Assembly (NCBI GenBank): GCA_051013385.1
Contig: CP143273.1
Location: forward strand, 1,472,001 to 1,536,000
Reading direction: 5' to 3'
DNA from: Phormidium sp.
GTDB lineage: Bacteria > Cyanobacteriota > Cyanobacteriia > Cyanobacteriales > Aerosakkonemataceae
DNA length: 64,000 nt
Below are positions 1 through 8,729 of the stretch, in pieces; within the stretch, counting starts at the first letter, position 1, and each line of letters starts with the position of its first letter. The position numbers were made by a program, and so were the translations under genes. The notes under the pieces are model-generated. The model made no database searches, was not told where the DNA came from, and saw nothing but the letters and a program-made list of their open reading frames with translations.

Positions 1-2
1 TA

Positions 3-1199
3 CTTTCAGAAGAATTAGGGGAAGATGTCAGTAAGTCGAATTTTCGATCGGCAATGGAGAGGTTACAAAACTCTAATGTTGTAAACTTTGCACAAGACGT
101 TGTAGTGAGCAGTACTTTTAACGTTTGTGCGGGAAGTAGACACCCGCCAGATGTACCAAACTTACATACACCTAATCAAGAAACATCTAATACAAAACCA
201 ACTAAAACATCGCATCACGATTTAAGCCAAATGCCAGATTTGGGTGTTTTCTACGATCGCACTTCCGAACTCACCACCCTCACAACCTGGATTTTACAAC
301 AACGCTGTCGCCTAATCGCACTCACAGGTATCAGTGGAATCGGCAAAACTGCATTAGCAGCGCAACTCGTACAACAAATTAAAGACGAATTTGAGTATGT
401 AATTTGGTGCAATCTAGATGAATCTCACACCCCAGACGAATTTCAACATAAACTAATCCAATTTTTCTCCCAGTCAGAAAACCTAAATTCACCTCCAACT
501 AACCAAAAACCATTACCTCTAATTAAATATTTACAAAAATATCGCTGCTTAGTCATATTAGATGATATTCAAAATCTTTTCAGTAGCGGCGAATTGGCAG
601 GAAAATATAAATCTGGATACGAAGAATATCGCAGTTTATTCAAACAGATAAAAACATTATCCCATCAAAGCTGCTTTCTGTTAATCGGTTGGGAACAACC
701 AAGAGAATTTTCTCAAATCGAAAGCCAAAATATTCCCAGTTGTACTTTACAACTCACTGGTTTAGATATTGCTGCTGGATGGCAAATTCTCAAAGATAAA
801 GGTTTAGCAGAAATCGATAACTACTCAGAACTGATTCACATCTATCAAGGCAATCCTTTATGGTTAAAAAGCGTGGCGACTCTGATTAAAGAGTTGGGAG
901 GATGGGTGAGTGAGTTATTACAAGATGATCCTATTTTATTACCGGAAGATTTGAAAGATAATTTACAGCAAACTGTTAGCCGCTTATCTGATTGGGAAAA
1001 ACAAGTTCTTTGTTTGTTGGCGAGAGAAAGCGATGCAATTAATTTAGCAAAATTACTAGAAAATACCAAAATTCCTTCGTCAGATTTAGTGAATGTAGTG
1101 CAATCTTTGTTGCGGCGCTGTTTGATAGAACCACAAGAAAGTTTTTATACATTGCCATTGGTATTAAAGCAGTATATGATAACAAGAATGTATCGATAG
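3..1199 (+). CDS. NB-ARC (STAND) ATPase, 5' end outside window; no C-terminal repeat sensor
   Basis: Frame is open from position 3 (LSEELGEDVSKSNFRSAME, the same as the paralog at 7163). Walker A GISGIGKT, Walker B LVILDD, GNPL motif, ends in a winged-helix-like region. Confidence 0.85.
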   Translation, partial: LSEELGEDVSKSNFRSAMERLQNSNVVNFAQDVVVSSTFNVCAGSRHPPDVPNLHTPNQETSNTKPTKTSHHDLSQMPDLGVFYDRTSELTTLTTWILQQRCRLIALTGISGIGKTALAAQLVQQIKDEFEYVIWCNLDESHTPDEFQHKLIQFFSQSENLNSPPTNQKPLPLIKYLQKYRCLVILDDIQNLFSSGELAGKYKSGYEEYRSLFKQIKTLSHQSCFLLIGWEQPREFSQIESQNIPSCTLQLTGLDIAAGWQILKDKGLAEIDNYSELIHIYQGNPLWLKSVATLIKELGGWVSELLQDDPILLPEDLKDNLQQTVSRLSDWEKQVLCLLARESDAINLAKLLENTKIPSSDLVNVVQSLLRRCLIEPQESFYTLPLVLKQYMITRMYR

Positions 1200-1242
1200 T
1201 TCTTTCTAATTTAGTGGGCAATAAGCTGAGTTTACTTATCAC

Positions 1243-1383
1243 TAAGTAGGTGTAAATAAATAAAGTGTTAATAGTTATCTTTGGATGGGGCGGGCAGGAT
1301 GCCCACCCCACAAGAGTCAGCTTTCTTGTGGGGTGGGCATCCTGCCCGCCCTAGTTTTCACTTTATTTATATCTACCTACTTA
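1243..1383. mobile_element. MITE-like element with ~25-bp terminal inverted repeats enclosing a REP-like hairpin
   Basis: Ends are TAAGTAGGTGTAAATAAATAAAGTG and CACTTTATTTATATCTACCTACTTA. Internal perfect 28-bp inverted repeat at 1288-1315/1324-1351. Confidence 0.7.
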
Positions 1384-1432
1384 CAAGTACGAGAGAACTA
1401 GCTAATAAAATCTACTTTTGCGCGATCGTTGT

Positions 1433-2260
1433 CTATCCTTCAGCTACATTTTGTAATAACCAAAATCCACTATAAGTCATTCCCGAATCATCAGGTTGCA
1501 CTAATAAAAAATGAAGTCCCTTAGTTTCCTGTTTACGTTGTTCAAACATTTGTGCTGCTAGAGTAACTTCTCGATCGGCAAATGTGGCGACAACCCATCT
1601 ATCTACTAAACCAGCTTCTAAAATTAAGCCATCAGGCGCACCGGGAATATAATTCAACGCTACAGGTCGAGATTCCTGTATCCAACGTGCTAACCTTAAA
1701 GACTGTCTCCCACCATCAATAACTACTCCCGGAACTGGCAAAGTTGAAGCAATTCCTAAGTTAATTGGTAAGAGAAATTCTGGCATTTCTAAAATTGGCA
1801 TTGGTTGTCCAGCAAAACGGTCTTCTATATCACTCGCCATGAGAGTGGCAAAGCGCCATTTTTCTCCCCAAAGTTTTTCCGGTAAAGGAATTGGTGGCGG
1901 TTTTTCTAACGTTATTGGTTCAAAAGGTTCGCCACTTTGGGAATATTGCTGCGCCTTTAACCAGTTTTTTAAACTTTCTGTGCGGCGCGTTGCTTCAACT
2001 GCAATCCCTAATTTATCGGCAGCAGTTTGAATTAAACTGAGTGATTGGGGGCGAAATACTTGGATTTTTTCGGGTCGATTTTCCGGGGAAGTTATTACTT
2101 TTTGGAATTGGGCAACTAACCAATTAGCATTAGCTTCTGATTGGGGACAGAATGCTTGGTATTTCAAGTTATTTGTCGGGTTACAAATTAACAATTCCCA
2201 TAAAGTTTGTCCGGTGGAATCTTTCAGGGGACGACGATAAAAATCAACTTGCCAAAGCAT
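1433..2260 (-). CDS. Tab2/Atab2 family RNA-binding protein (DUF1092)
   Basis: WQVDFYRRPL start, FRPQSL, LHFLLVQPDDSGMTYSGFWLL C-terminus. Confidence 0.9.
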   Translation of the reverse strand: MLWQVDFYRRPLKDSTGQTLWELLICNPTNNLKYQAFCPQSEANANWLVAQFQKVITSPENRPEKIQVFRPQSLSLIQTAADKLGIAVEATRRTESLKNWLKAQQYSQSGEPFEPITLEKPPPIPLPEKLWGEKWRFATLMASDIEDRFAGQPMPILEMPEFLLPINLGIASTLPVPGVVIDGGRQSLRLARWIQESRPVALNYIPGAPDGLILEAGLVDRWVVATFADREVTLAAQMFEQRKQETKGLHFLLVQPDDSGMTYSGFWLLQNVAEG

Positions 2261-2813
2261 AAGTTTAATTAGGATTTATTTTATTGAATTTCGCCTCGTC
2301 AGCCAATGGTTCTATTAACTGAGATTTGACTAGCTATTTCATGCAATTTACGATCATAGCATTCTTAGACGTAACTTTTTATTTTATGTGCGTCCCAGCC
2401 TTGCCCTGAGAAAATTACCACGCTCGCTCAAAATGGTGGGATTGTGCGCGATCGCTTTTGTACTTAATACTTTTTATCATACTTTTCCCAATTTATAATG
2501 GCTCTAAATTTAATGATTTTGAAGAAAATAGCACATTTTTTCCGATTTACCGAAGCGATCTGCTACAGATAGAAGTGTACTACAAGTCAAGTAATCGATT
2601 AGCATCGGTTAATAAGTGATTGGGAAGCACCCCTCGATGCTCAGTTTTCACAGAAAAACCAGTCGTTTTGATGCAGGAGGCTATTTTTACCCCAGAACTC
2701 CCTAAAGGTTCACCCATTGACAATAGTTAATTTCTAATTGTTCATGCTTGTCAACCCCTTCCCAATTTCTTAGCACCTTAGTAAACTTTTGTAATTTAGT
2801 TTAGTTCAATCCT

Positions 2814-4097
2814 ATGAATCCTGCCCTGACTCAATTTGGTAATCAAATGTCCCAGCTTACAGGCGTGCGGGCAATCATGAAAGATATTGCACAAACCCTA
2901 AAAGCTAATATAGGAGAGCAATTTATAAATCTAAGTCCCGGAAATCCGGTGATTCTACCGGAAATTGAGCAGCTATGGCGCAAATACACCGAAGAGTTGT
3001 TGAGTAGCTCTGATTATGGTGAGGTAGTTTGCCGCTACGGTCAATCTCAAGGTTATGAACCTTTAATTGATGCAATTGCTAATGAATTTAATCGTCACTA
3101 TGGGTTAAATTTAACTCATCAAAATATTTTGATTACTCCGGGCAGTCAAAGTATTTACTTTTATGCAGCTAATGCTTTTGGTGGTTATACTAAAAATGCT
3201 CAATTAAAGCAAATAGTTTTGCCCTTAAGCCCAGATTATACAGGTTATGGTGGTGTAACTTTAATCCCAGAAGCTTTAGTATCTTATAAACCAGAATTAG
3301 AGATTGACGCACCTGCACATCGGTTTAAATATCGCCCAGATTTCAGCCAGTTAGAGATTAATGAAACTACTGGTTGTGTATTATTTTCTCGTCCTTGTAA
3401 TCCGACAGGTAATGTTTTGAGTGAAGATGAGGTTGGGAAAATTGCGACTTTAGCAGAACCTTATAATGTTCCGGTATTAATTGACTCGGCCTATGGGCCG
3501 CCTTTTCCGGCTTTGAATTTTACCCCAATGTCTCCGGTATTTGGGGAAAATATTGTGCATTGTATGAGTTTATCGAAAGCGGGATTACCGGGAGAAAGAA
3601 TTGGGGTGGCTATAGGAGATGAAAAGATTATCCAAGTTTTGGAATCGTTCCAAACTAATATGTGTATTCATTCATCTCGCTATGGACAAGCAATTGCCGC
3701 AAAAGCGATCGCATCTGGTGAATTAGCAGAACTGGCGACAACAGTAGTTCGCCCTTACTATCAGAAAAAATTTGTCATAGTAGAAGCCACTCTTGATGAG
3801 TTAATGCCTCAAGATTTACCTTGGTTTTTACATAGAGGTGAAGGAGCAATTTTTGCTTGGTTATGGTTAGAAAACCTACCGATTACTGATTGGGAATTGT
3901 ACCAATTGTTGAAAAAAGTTGGTGTAATTGTCGTTCCTGGTAGTTCTTTCTTCCCCGGTTTAAGAGAAGAATGGGGACACAAAAACCAATGTATTCGCAT
4001 TAGTTTAACTGCAACTGATGGAGATATTGCCGAGGGAATGCGACGGTTAGCTAAAGTGGTAGCGGAAATTTATCAAAAGTCGGCAGTGGCGATTTAG
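2814..4097 (+). CDS. avtA: valine--pyruvate transaminase
   Basis: TGVRAIMKDI start, SRPCNPTGN, IDSAYG, PLP lysine in SLSKAGLPGERIG. Confidence 0.9.
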   Translation: MNPALTQFGNQMSQLTGVRAIMKDIAQTLKANIGEQFINLSPGNPVILPEIEQLWRKYTEELLSSSDYGEVVCRYGQSQGYEPLIDAIANEFNRHYGLNLTHQNILITPGSQSIYFYAANAFGGYTKNAQLKQIVLPLSPDYTGYGGVTLIPEALVSYKPELEIDAPAHRFKYRPDFSQLEINETTGCVLFSRPCNPTGNVLSEDEVGKIATLAEPYNVPVLIDSAYGPPFPALNFTPMSPVFGENIVHCMSLSKAGLPGERIGVAIGDEKIIQVLESFQTNMCIHSSRYGQAIAAKAIASGELAELATTVVRPYYQKKFVIVEATLDELMPQDLPWFLHRGEGAIFAWLWLENLPITDWELYQLLKKVGVIVVPGSSFFPGLREEWGHKNQCIRISLTATDGDIAEGMRRLAKVVAEIYQKSAVAI

Positions 4098-4110
4098 TTA
4101 GTTTAGCAGT

Positions 4111-4186
4111 TTAGCCAGGGAATTAACTCTCTGGCTAATAGGGCGATCGCATTCTTAGAAAAAACTAAGAATGCGATCGCTTTTTG
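4111..4186 (+). terminator. tandem hairpins after avtA, the second HIP1-ended with a T-tract
   Basis: TTAGCCAG...CTGGCTAA, then the 16-bp IR GCGATCGCATTCTTAG/CTAAGAATGCGATCGC followed by TTTTTG. Confidence 0.55.
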
Positions 4187-4244
4187 TTGATGTTGAGTTT
4201 CTTTCTTTTATACTTGATTTTTTCCAGCGGTTGCACCGCATTGT

Positions 4245-4294
4245 GGCAATTCGGCACTACAAACACTTAGTTAGGTTAATAATATCCTATTAGC
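4245..4294 (+). repeat. 50-bp direct repeat of the vapC 3' end and downstream sequence (copy of 5343-5392)
   Basis: 49/50 identical to 5343-5392, including the vapC stop codon. Confidence 0.9.
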
Positions 4295-4349
4295 GGCGAT
4301 TCACTGAGTTTGCTGTCAGGTAATTTGACTGATGTCTTTGGGTAAAATT

Positions 4350-4495
4350 GCGATCGCACTACAAAAAAGATCGTCAGAAAAAACAAAGTGCGTTCGCGTA
4401 GCGTGCCAAGATTGCGTATCGCTGTTTCATTTTAGGCGATCGCTGATCGGAAAAAAGAGAGTGCGATCGCGTAGCGTGCCAAGATTGCGTATCGC
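4350..4495. repeat. HIP1-rich 73-bp unit repeat, left cluster
   Basis: GCG(A/T)TCGCGTAGCGTGCCAAGATTGCGTATCGC at 4390 and 4463 (period 73). The same unit recurs at 5519 and 5592. Confidence 0.85.
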
Positions 4496-4589
4496 ATAGC
4501 CTATTCTCTTGCATAACCCTCTTTGTTTTGCTGCCTCTTCGCCATCTATTCAATCATCAGATGACAAACTAAGTTACAACAAATGAGAA

Positions 4590-4706
4590 ATGAGTGAAAA
4601 AACGAAGTTTCATTTAGATGAAAGTGTTGCTCCAGATATAGCAGTTGCGTTAATTAAGTATGGCCTAGATGTAACAACGGCAAAAACCTATCATTCTGCT
4701 TGTTAA
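4590..4706 (+). pseudogene. truncated DUF5615 (PIN-like) toxin fragment
   Basis: MSEKTKFHLDESVAPDIAVALIKYGLDVTTAK resembles a DUF5615 N-terminus but stops at 38 aa. The overlapping upstream QTKLQQMRNE* resembles an antitoxin C-terminus. Confidence 0.6.
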
Positions 4707-4755
4707 TCATCAGATTATAATAATAGAAATAGATCGGATTGTGAACGAGCAAAAA

Positions 4756-4986
4756 ATGACACAAATTACCACGACAGAATTACCCCAAAACCTCCAGACT
4801 CTATTTATAGAGGTTGAACGTACCAGAACTCCTCTAACCGTCATCCATGAAGGAAAACCATTAGTGATTATCTATCCTGCCACCACCCAAGCTTCACGAC
4901 CCGCTTTTGGAGTGATGAAAAAAAGTGGCGAAATATTAGGAGATTTAATCGCTCCTTACGCTGAACCTTGGGAAGTTTTACAATGA
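4756..4986 (+). CDS. type II antitoxin, Phd/YefM-like
   Basis: 76 aa, LTVIHEGKPLVII and RPAFG motifs. ATGA overlap with the downstream PIN toxin. Alternative GTG start at 4741. Confidence 0.8.
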   Translation: MTQITTTELPQNLQTLFIEVERTRTPLTVIHEGKPLVIIYPATTQASRPAFGVMKKSGEILGDLIAPYAEPWEVLQ

Positions 4987-5372
4987 AACTTTTACTCGAT
5001 ACTCACATTTGGCTTTGGTATTTACTCGGCGACCAACGCCTTTCGCTGCAACTACAAAATGCGATCGTTGATTCTAATACTGAACTTTGGCTTAGTCCAA
5101 TTAGTATTTGGGAAACTCTCATTCTTGCAGAAAAAGGACGGCTATCTTTACAGCCCGATCCTATTACATGGGTTAACTTAGCTTTAAAAACTCTGGAAAC
5201 TCGTGAAGCCCAAATGAATTACGACATTGCTATTTTAAGTCGCCAAATTGCACTTCCCCATCAAGACCCTGCCGATCGATTTATTGTCGCTACAGCTGTT
5301 TACTATGGATTAATTTTAGCTACAGTTGATGTTAATATTACAGGCAATTCGGCAGTACAAACACTTAGTTAG
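4983..5372 (+). CDS. vapC: type II toxin, VapC/PIN family
   Basis: MKLLLDTHIWLW, SPISIWE, HQDPADRFIVATA. Confidence 0.9.
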   Translation: MKLLLDTHIWLWYLLGDQRLSLQLQNAIVDSNTELWLSPISIWETLILAEKGRLSLQPDPITWVNLALKTLETREAQMNYDIAILSRQIALPHQDPADRFIVATAVYYGLILATVDVNITGNSAVQTLS

Positions 5373-5491
5373 GTTAATAATATCCTATTAGCTAGACAAC
5401 TTTAACGCCTACAAAAATTTGCATTGTAGATCGAATATTCTCTGCTACATTGCCACCCATCCAATCATCAAATTGGTAATGCTAGAAATTA

Positions 5492-5645
5492 GCGATCGCA
5501 CCTGAGAAAAATAAGAGTGCGATCGCGTAGCGTGCCAAGATTGCGTATCGCTTTTGCATTTTAGGCGATCGCTGATCTGAAAAAAGAGAGTGCGATCGCG
5601 TAGCGTGCCAAGATTGCGTATTGCTTTTTCATTTTAGGCGATCGC
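5492..5645. repeat. HIP1-rich 73-bp unit repeat, right cluster
   Basis: HIP1 at 5492, 5519, 5565, 5592 and 5638. Units nearly identical to 4390-4495. Confidence 0.85.
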
Positions 5646-6010
5646 TAATCAGGTTTCATCCATCCCTTAATGATAGCTTTACCTATATTGACGTAGGGGT
5701 TATCTAAAAACTCCTCAATAGCAACCTCACTTCCAGCTTGTAGTGCGCTAAACGCACGACGTTTGAACTCAGGAGTTGTTTTATCATTCACATAAGAAAT
5801 TTTTTCTGCATCAGTAGCAGTCGGATTAGATTGCTCTAATTGTTTCAGAAGTTGCTGAATCTCTTTGGCTGCTTCAGCAAGATTTTGGCGCTCTTGTGAA
5901 TTGTATATCTTTTGCACATGCTTACTCTTAACTGAACCATCAACAGGCCCAACCACAATATTTCCTTGGTTATCTCTACCAATATGGAGATTCGGTGATT
6001 TTTCTTCCAT
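5645..6010 (-). CDS. small helical protein with an N-terminal Gly/Asn beta motif
   Basis: GGGG SD-like sequence upstream. The LAEAAKEIQQLLKQLEQ...IIKGW domain is one I recall as a C-terminal module of many cyanobacterial proteins. Confidence 0.8.
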   Translation of the reverse strand: MEEKSPNLHIGRDNQGNIVVGPVDGSVKSKHVQKIYNSQERQNLAEAAKEIQQLLKQLEQSNPTATDAEKISYVNDKTTPEFKRRAFSALQAGSEVAIEEFLDNPYVNIGKAIIKGWMKPD

Positions 6011-6066
6011 TTAGCCCCCTGTAATTTAATTTGTTAAAAATGATATTTTTGTAACGGGTAAATTTA

Positions 6067-6564
6067 CTATTTAGTATAAACTTTACCGTAAATATCGCCA
6101 ACAACTATATTGCCTTTATTGTCACTTTCAACTGTTATATTAACGTACTGAAAATCTTGCGGATTTTCCATGAAATCTTTGAGAGTCCTAACTGCACGAT
6201 TAAGTAAATCGATGTTCTTTGTTGCAAATACAATTTCATGCCCGGAGTTCAAGTATAATGACAAACCATACACTTTTGGACGATTAAAGTTATAGACAAC
6301 TGCACCAACTACAAGCACCCAAAACATTAAACTCCAGCCGCCAAAGCCTGGTATATTACCTGACACAAATGCAATTATAAACAGAATGAATATAAGGTTA
6401 AAGGAGATGCCTTTCGTGTTAACCTCACCTACTGCAAACCCAGTTACATTACGGAATTGGTAGACATCATTCTGAAGTTTAACCGTATTCTTTGTAATTT
6501 CTAGAAAGCCTTGTTCTTCAATTGTTTGCTTGTCATTAGCTGCAAGCATTTGATTTAAAAGCAT
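6067..6564 (-). CDS. two-TM membrane protein, DUF6232-like, with a C-terminal Gly/Asn beta motif
   Basis: VYQFRNVTGF, a TM hairpin and YGLSLYLNSG. Start uncertain (ATG 6564, ATG 6549 or TTG 6600). Confidence 0.7.
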   Translation of the reverse strand: MLLNQMLAANDKQTIEEQGFLEITKNTVKLQNDVYQFRNVTGFAVGEVNTKGISFNLIFILFIIAFVSGNIPGFGGWSLMFWVLVVGAVVYNFNRPKVYGLSLYLNSGHEIVFATKNIDLLNRAVRTLKDFMENPQDFQYVNITVESDNKGNIVVGDIYGKVYTK

Positions 6565-6639
6565 AGTTTTATCGCTCCAGTAAAACTGAAAATAGTACAA
6601 TATAATTTAGTGCGTCAGTTAATCCTCTACTCTAAATTT

Positions 6640-6897
6640 TCAAGGTTTTCTGTCAGATTTCACTAAGCCTGCAACCAATAAGCCTCCGCTAGCTCCAAAC
6701 GTTATGTATGGTAGAGTTTGAAGCAAATTTGCTGTTCCTGAATCAATTTTTGTTCCTGTTGCATTAAAAATGTTGTCGCCTGAAGTTACGATTATGCACT
6801 CCCCAAAGACGCACATCACCTTTTTGGAGTAGAGAAGGCTACCTACTCCTAAAGCAAAACAAATAGCTGCCATTATTAGTAACCCATTTTTGCTCAT
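6640..6897 (-). CDS. small membrane protein with two hydrophobic segments
   Basis: 85 aa, N- and C-terminal hydrophobic helices, CVFGEC loop, AGGT upstream. First gene of a co-oriented trio. Confidence 0.65.
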   Translation of the reverse strand: MSKNGLLIMAAICFALGVGSLLYSKKVMCVFGECIIVTSGDNIFNATGTKIDSGTANLLQTLPYITFGASGGLLVAGLVKSDRKP

Positions 6898-7162
6898 TAG
6901 AATACTACCTTGCCATAATTAAGTTTTCAATTGATGTTATAAATTAATACTTTTGATAAAGTGTTTCCGAAGGTGAAAGCTAACTAAATCTTATTCCATC
7001 ATTCCTTAGAAATCAAAGCTTTGTCTAGCCCAAAAATGTACTATTTTGCTGACAATTTTACCCTGCCTTTCTATCTCTTCAAGCCAATTTTGTACGAAAA
7101 TGTGCGAAAATGTTGGCAGATGTGCGCTACAATACCGAAAATGTTCCTATCTACCTACCCCG

Positions 7163-8536
7163 ATGAATCTTAAAGAAATGTTAAAAATTGCTGATGAGAT
7201 AATATTTACTAAAACGGGTCAGCACCTTGATGATTTACAAAAGTCAATATTGCGAGGAACTTTACAACGCGAAACATATAAGGAAATAGCTAAGGATTTT
7301 GATTATTCTGAAAGTCGTGTTAGAGAAGTGGGATCAAAGTTATGGCAAATACTTTCAGAAGAATTAGGAGAAGATGTCAGTAAATCTAATTTTCGTTCAG
7401 CAATGGAGAGGGTGCAAGTCTCGATATATTCAAATGTTGCACAAGAAGAATCTGTGCAAATTAACAGCATTAATATGTGCGGAGAAAGTAGACACCCGCC
7501 AGATATACCAAACTCACACCCAAATAATGAGGAAACTGCTAACTCGAAACCAACTAAAAGATTGCATCAAGATTTAAGTGAAATGCCGGAGTTGGGTGTT
7601 TTTTACGATCGCACTCCCCAACTAGAAACCCTAAAAACATTAATCTTAGAACAACGCTGTCGCTTAATAGCACTAACAGGTATCAGTGGTATCGGCAAAA
7701 CTACATTAGCGGCGCAACTCGTACAACAAATAAAAGATGAATTTGAGTATGTTATTTGGTGCAATTTAGAAACTTCTCCCACATTAGCTGAATTTCAAGA
7801 TCAACTAATCCAGTTTTTCTCGCAGTCGGAAAAGCTAGATACATCTGCAACTAACCAAAAACCTTTACCGTTAATTAAGTATTTACAAAAACATCGCTGT
7901 TTAGTAGTTTTGGATGACATTCACAACCTTTTCAGTAGCGGCGAATTAGCAGGAAAGTATAAACCAGAATATGAAGAATATCGCGCTCTATTTAAAAACA
8001 TAGAAACATTATCTCATCAAAGTTGCTTTTTATTAATTGGTTGGGAACAACCCAGAGAAGTTACTCAAGTAAAAAACCAAAATCCTACTATTTGTACTTT
8101 ACAACTTACTGGTTTAGATATTGAACCTGCACGGGAATTACTCAGACATTACGGATTAGGAGAAATTGAGAATTATTCAGCAATTATTCATCGCTACCAA
8201 GGCAACCCATTCTGGTTAAAAAGTGTGGGGAATCTGTTTCAAGAGTTGGGAGAAGGTGTGACTGAGATATTACAAGATGAGACTATTTTATTACCGGAAG
8301 ATTTGCAATATAGTTTACAACAAACTATTAGCCGCTTATCTGATTGGGAAAAAGAAGTTCTTTCTTTGATGGCGAGAGAAGGCGAGGGAATTAAATTGGT
8401 AAAATTACTAGAAAATACCAAAATTCCCCCGTCAGATTTAGTGAATGTAGTGCAATCTTTATGGCGACGCTGTTTGATAGAACAACAAGGAAATTGTTAC
8501 ATTTTGCCCGATGTATTGAGGCAGTATATTCTTTAG
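7163..8536 (+). CDS. HTH-NB-ARC (STAND) ATPase without C-terminal repeat sensor
   Basis: ATG at 7163 (MNLKEMLK). HTH-like LDDLQKSILRGTLQRETYKEIA, GISGIGKT, LVVLDD, GNPF. Paralog of 3..1199. Confidence 0.85.
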   Translation: MNLKEMLKIADEIIFTKTGQHLDDLQKSILRGTLQRETYKEIAKDFDYSESRVREVGSKLWQILSEELGEDVSKSNFRSAMERVQVSIYSNVAQEESVQINSINMCGESRHPPDIPNSHPNNEETANSKPTKRLHQDLSEMPELGVFYDRTPQLETLKTLILEQRCRLIALTGISGIGKTTLAAQLVQQIKDEFEYVIWCNLETSPTLAEFQDQLIQFFSQSEKLDTSATNQKPLPLIKYLQKHRCLVVLDDIHNLFSSGELAGKYKPEYEEYRALFKNIETLSHQSCFLLIGWEQPREVTQVKNQNPTICTLQLTGLDIEPARELLRHYGLGEIENYSAIIHRYQGNPFWLKSVGNLFQELGEGVTEILQDETILLPEDLQYSLQQTISRLSDWEKEVLSLMAREGEGIKLVKLLENTKIPPSDLVNVVQSLWRRCLIEQQGNCYILPDVLRQYIL

Positions 8537-8624
8537 GCATCTCCAGAAATTAAAGGTGCGTCGCCTATAAATCTTGTAGAGACGTTTCATGAAACGTCTC
8601 TACAATGTTTTTTGGAGATGTCTT
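8534..8624. mobile_element. 91-bp MITE/REP-like element
   Basis: Ends CATCTCC/GGAGATG, inner palindrome TGTAGAGACGTTTCATGAAACGTCTCTACA. An inverted homolog lies at 10897-10987. Confidence 0.7.
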
Positions 8625-8626
8625 TT

Positions 8627-8659
8627 AGATCCCCGACTTCTTGAAGAAGTCGGGGATCT
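8627..8659. repeat. REP-like palindrome
   Basis: AGATCCCCGACTTCTTGAAGAAGTCGGGGATCT, identical copy at 21605-21637. Confidence 0.85.
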
Positions 8660-8729
8660 GGATGGGGATTACTTTAATTATGGTGAATGGTGCGTTACAC
8701 TGCGTTAACGCACCCTACGGATTGTTTAT

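Noticed and set aside
1281..1475. 64-aa ORF, and the overlapping 1039..1311 ORF
   Set aside because: Translations of the palindromic element or antisense of the NB-ARC gene.
2261..2813. riboswitch or attenuator upstream of avtA
   Set aside because: Only a weak AGCATCG/CGATGCT stem. I recognised no aptamer or leader peptide; an Rfam scan would be needed.
4350..5645. 73-bp repeats as a CRISPR array
   Set aside because: The intervening sequences are near-identical rather than unique spacers, there are only two units per cluster, and no cas genes are present.
7046..7162. ORF-track N-terminal extension of the NB-ARC gene
   Set aside because: TTG start with an implausible Cys-rich sequence. ATG 7163 fits the family-like start better.
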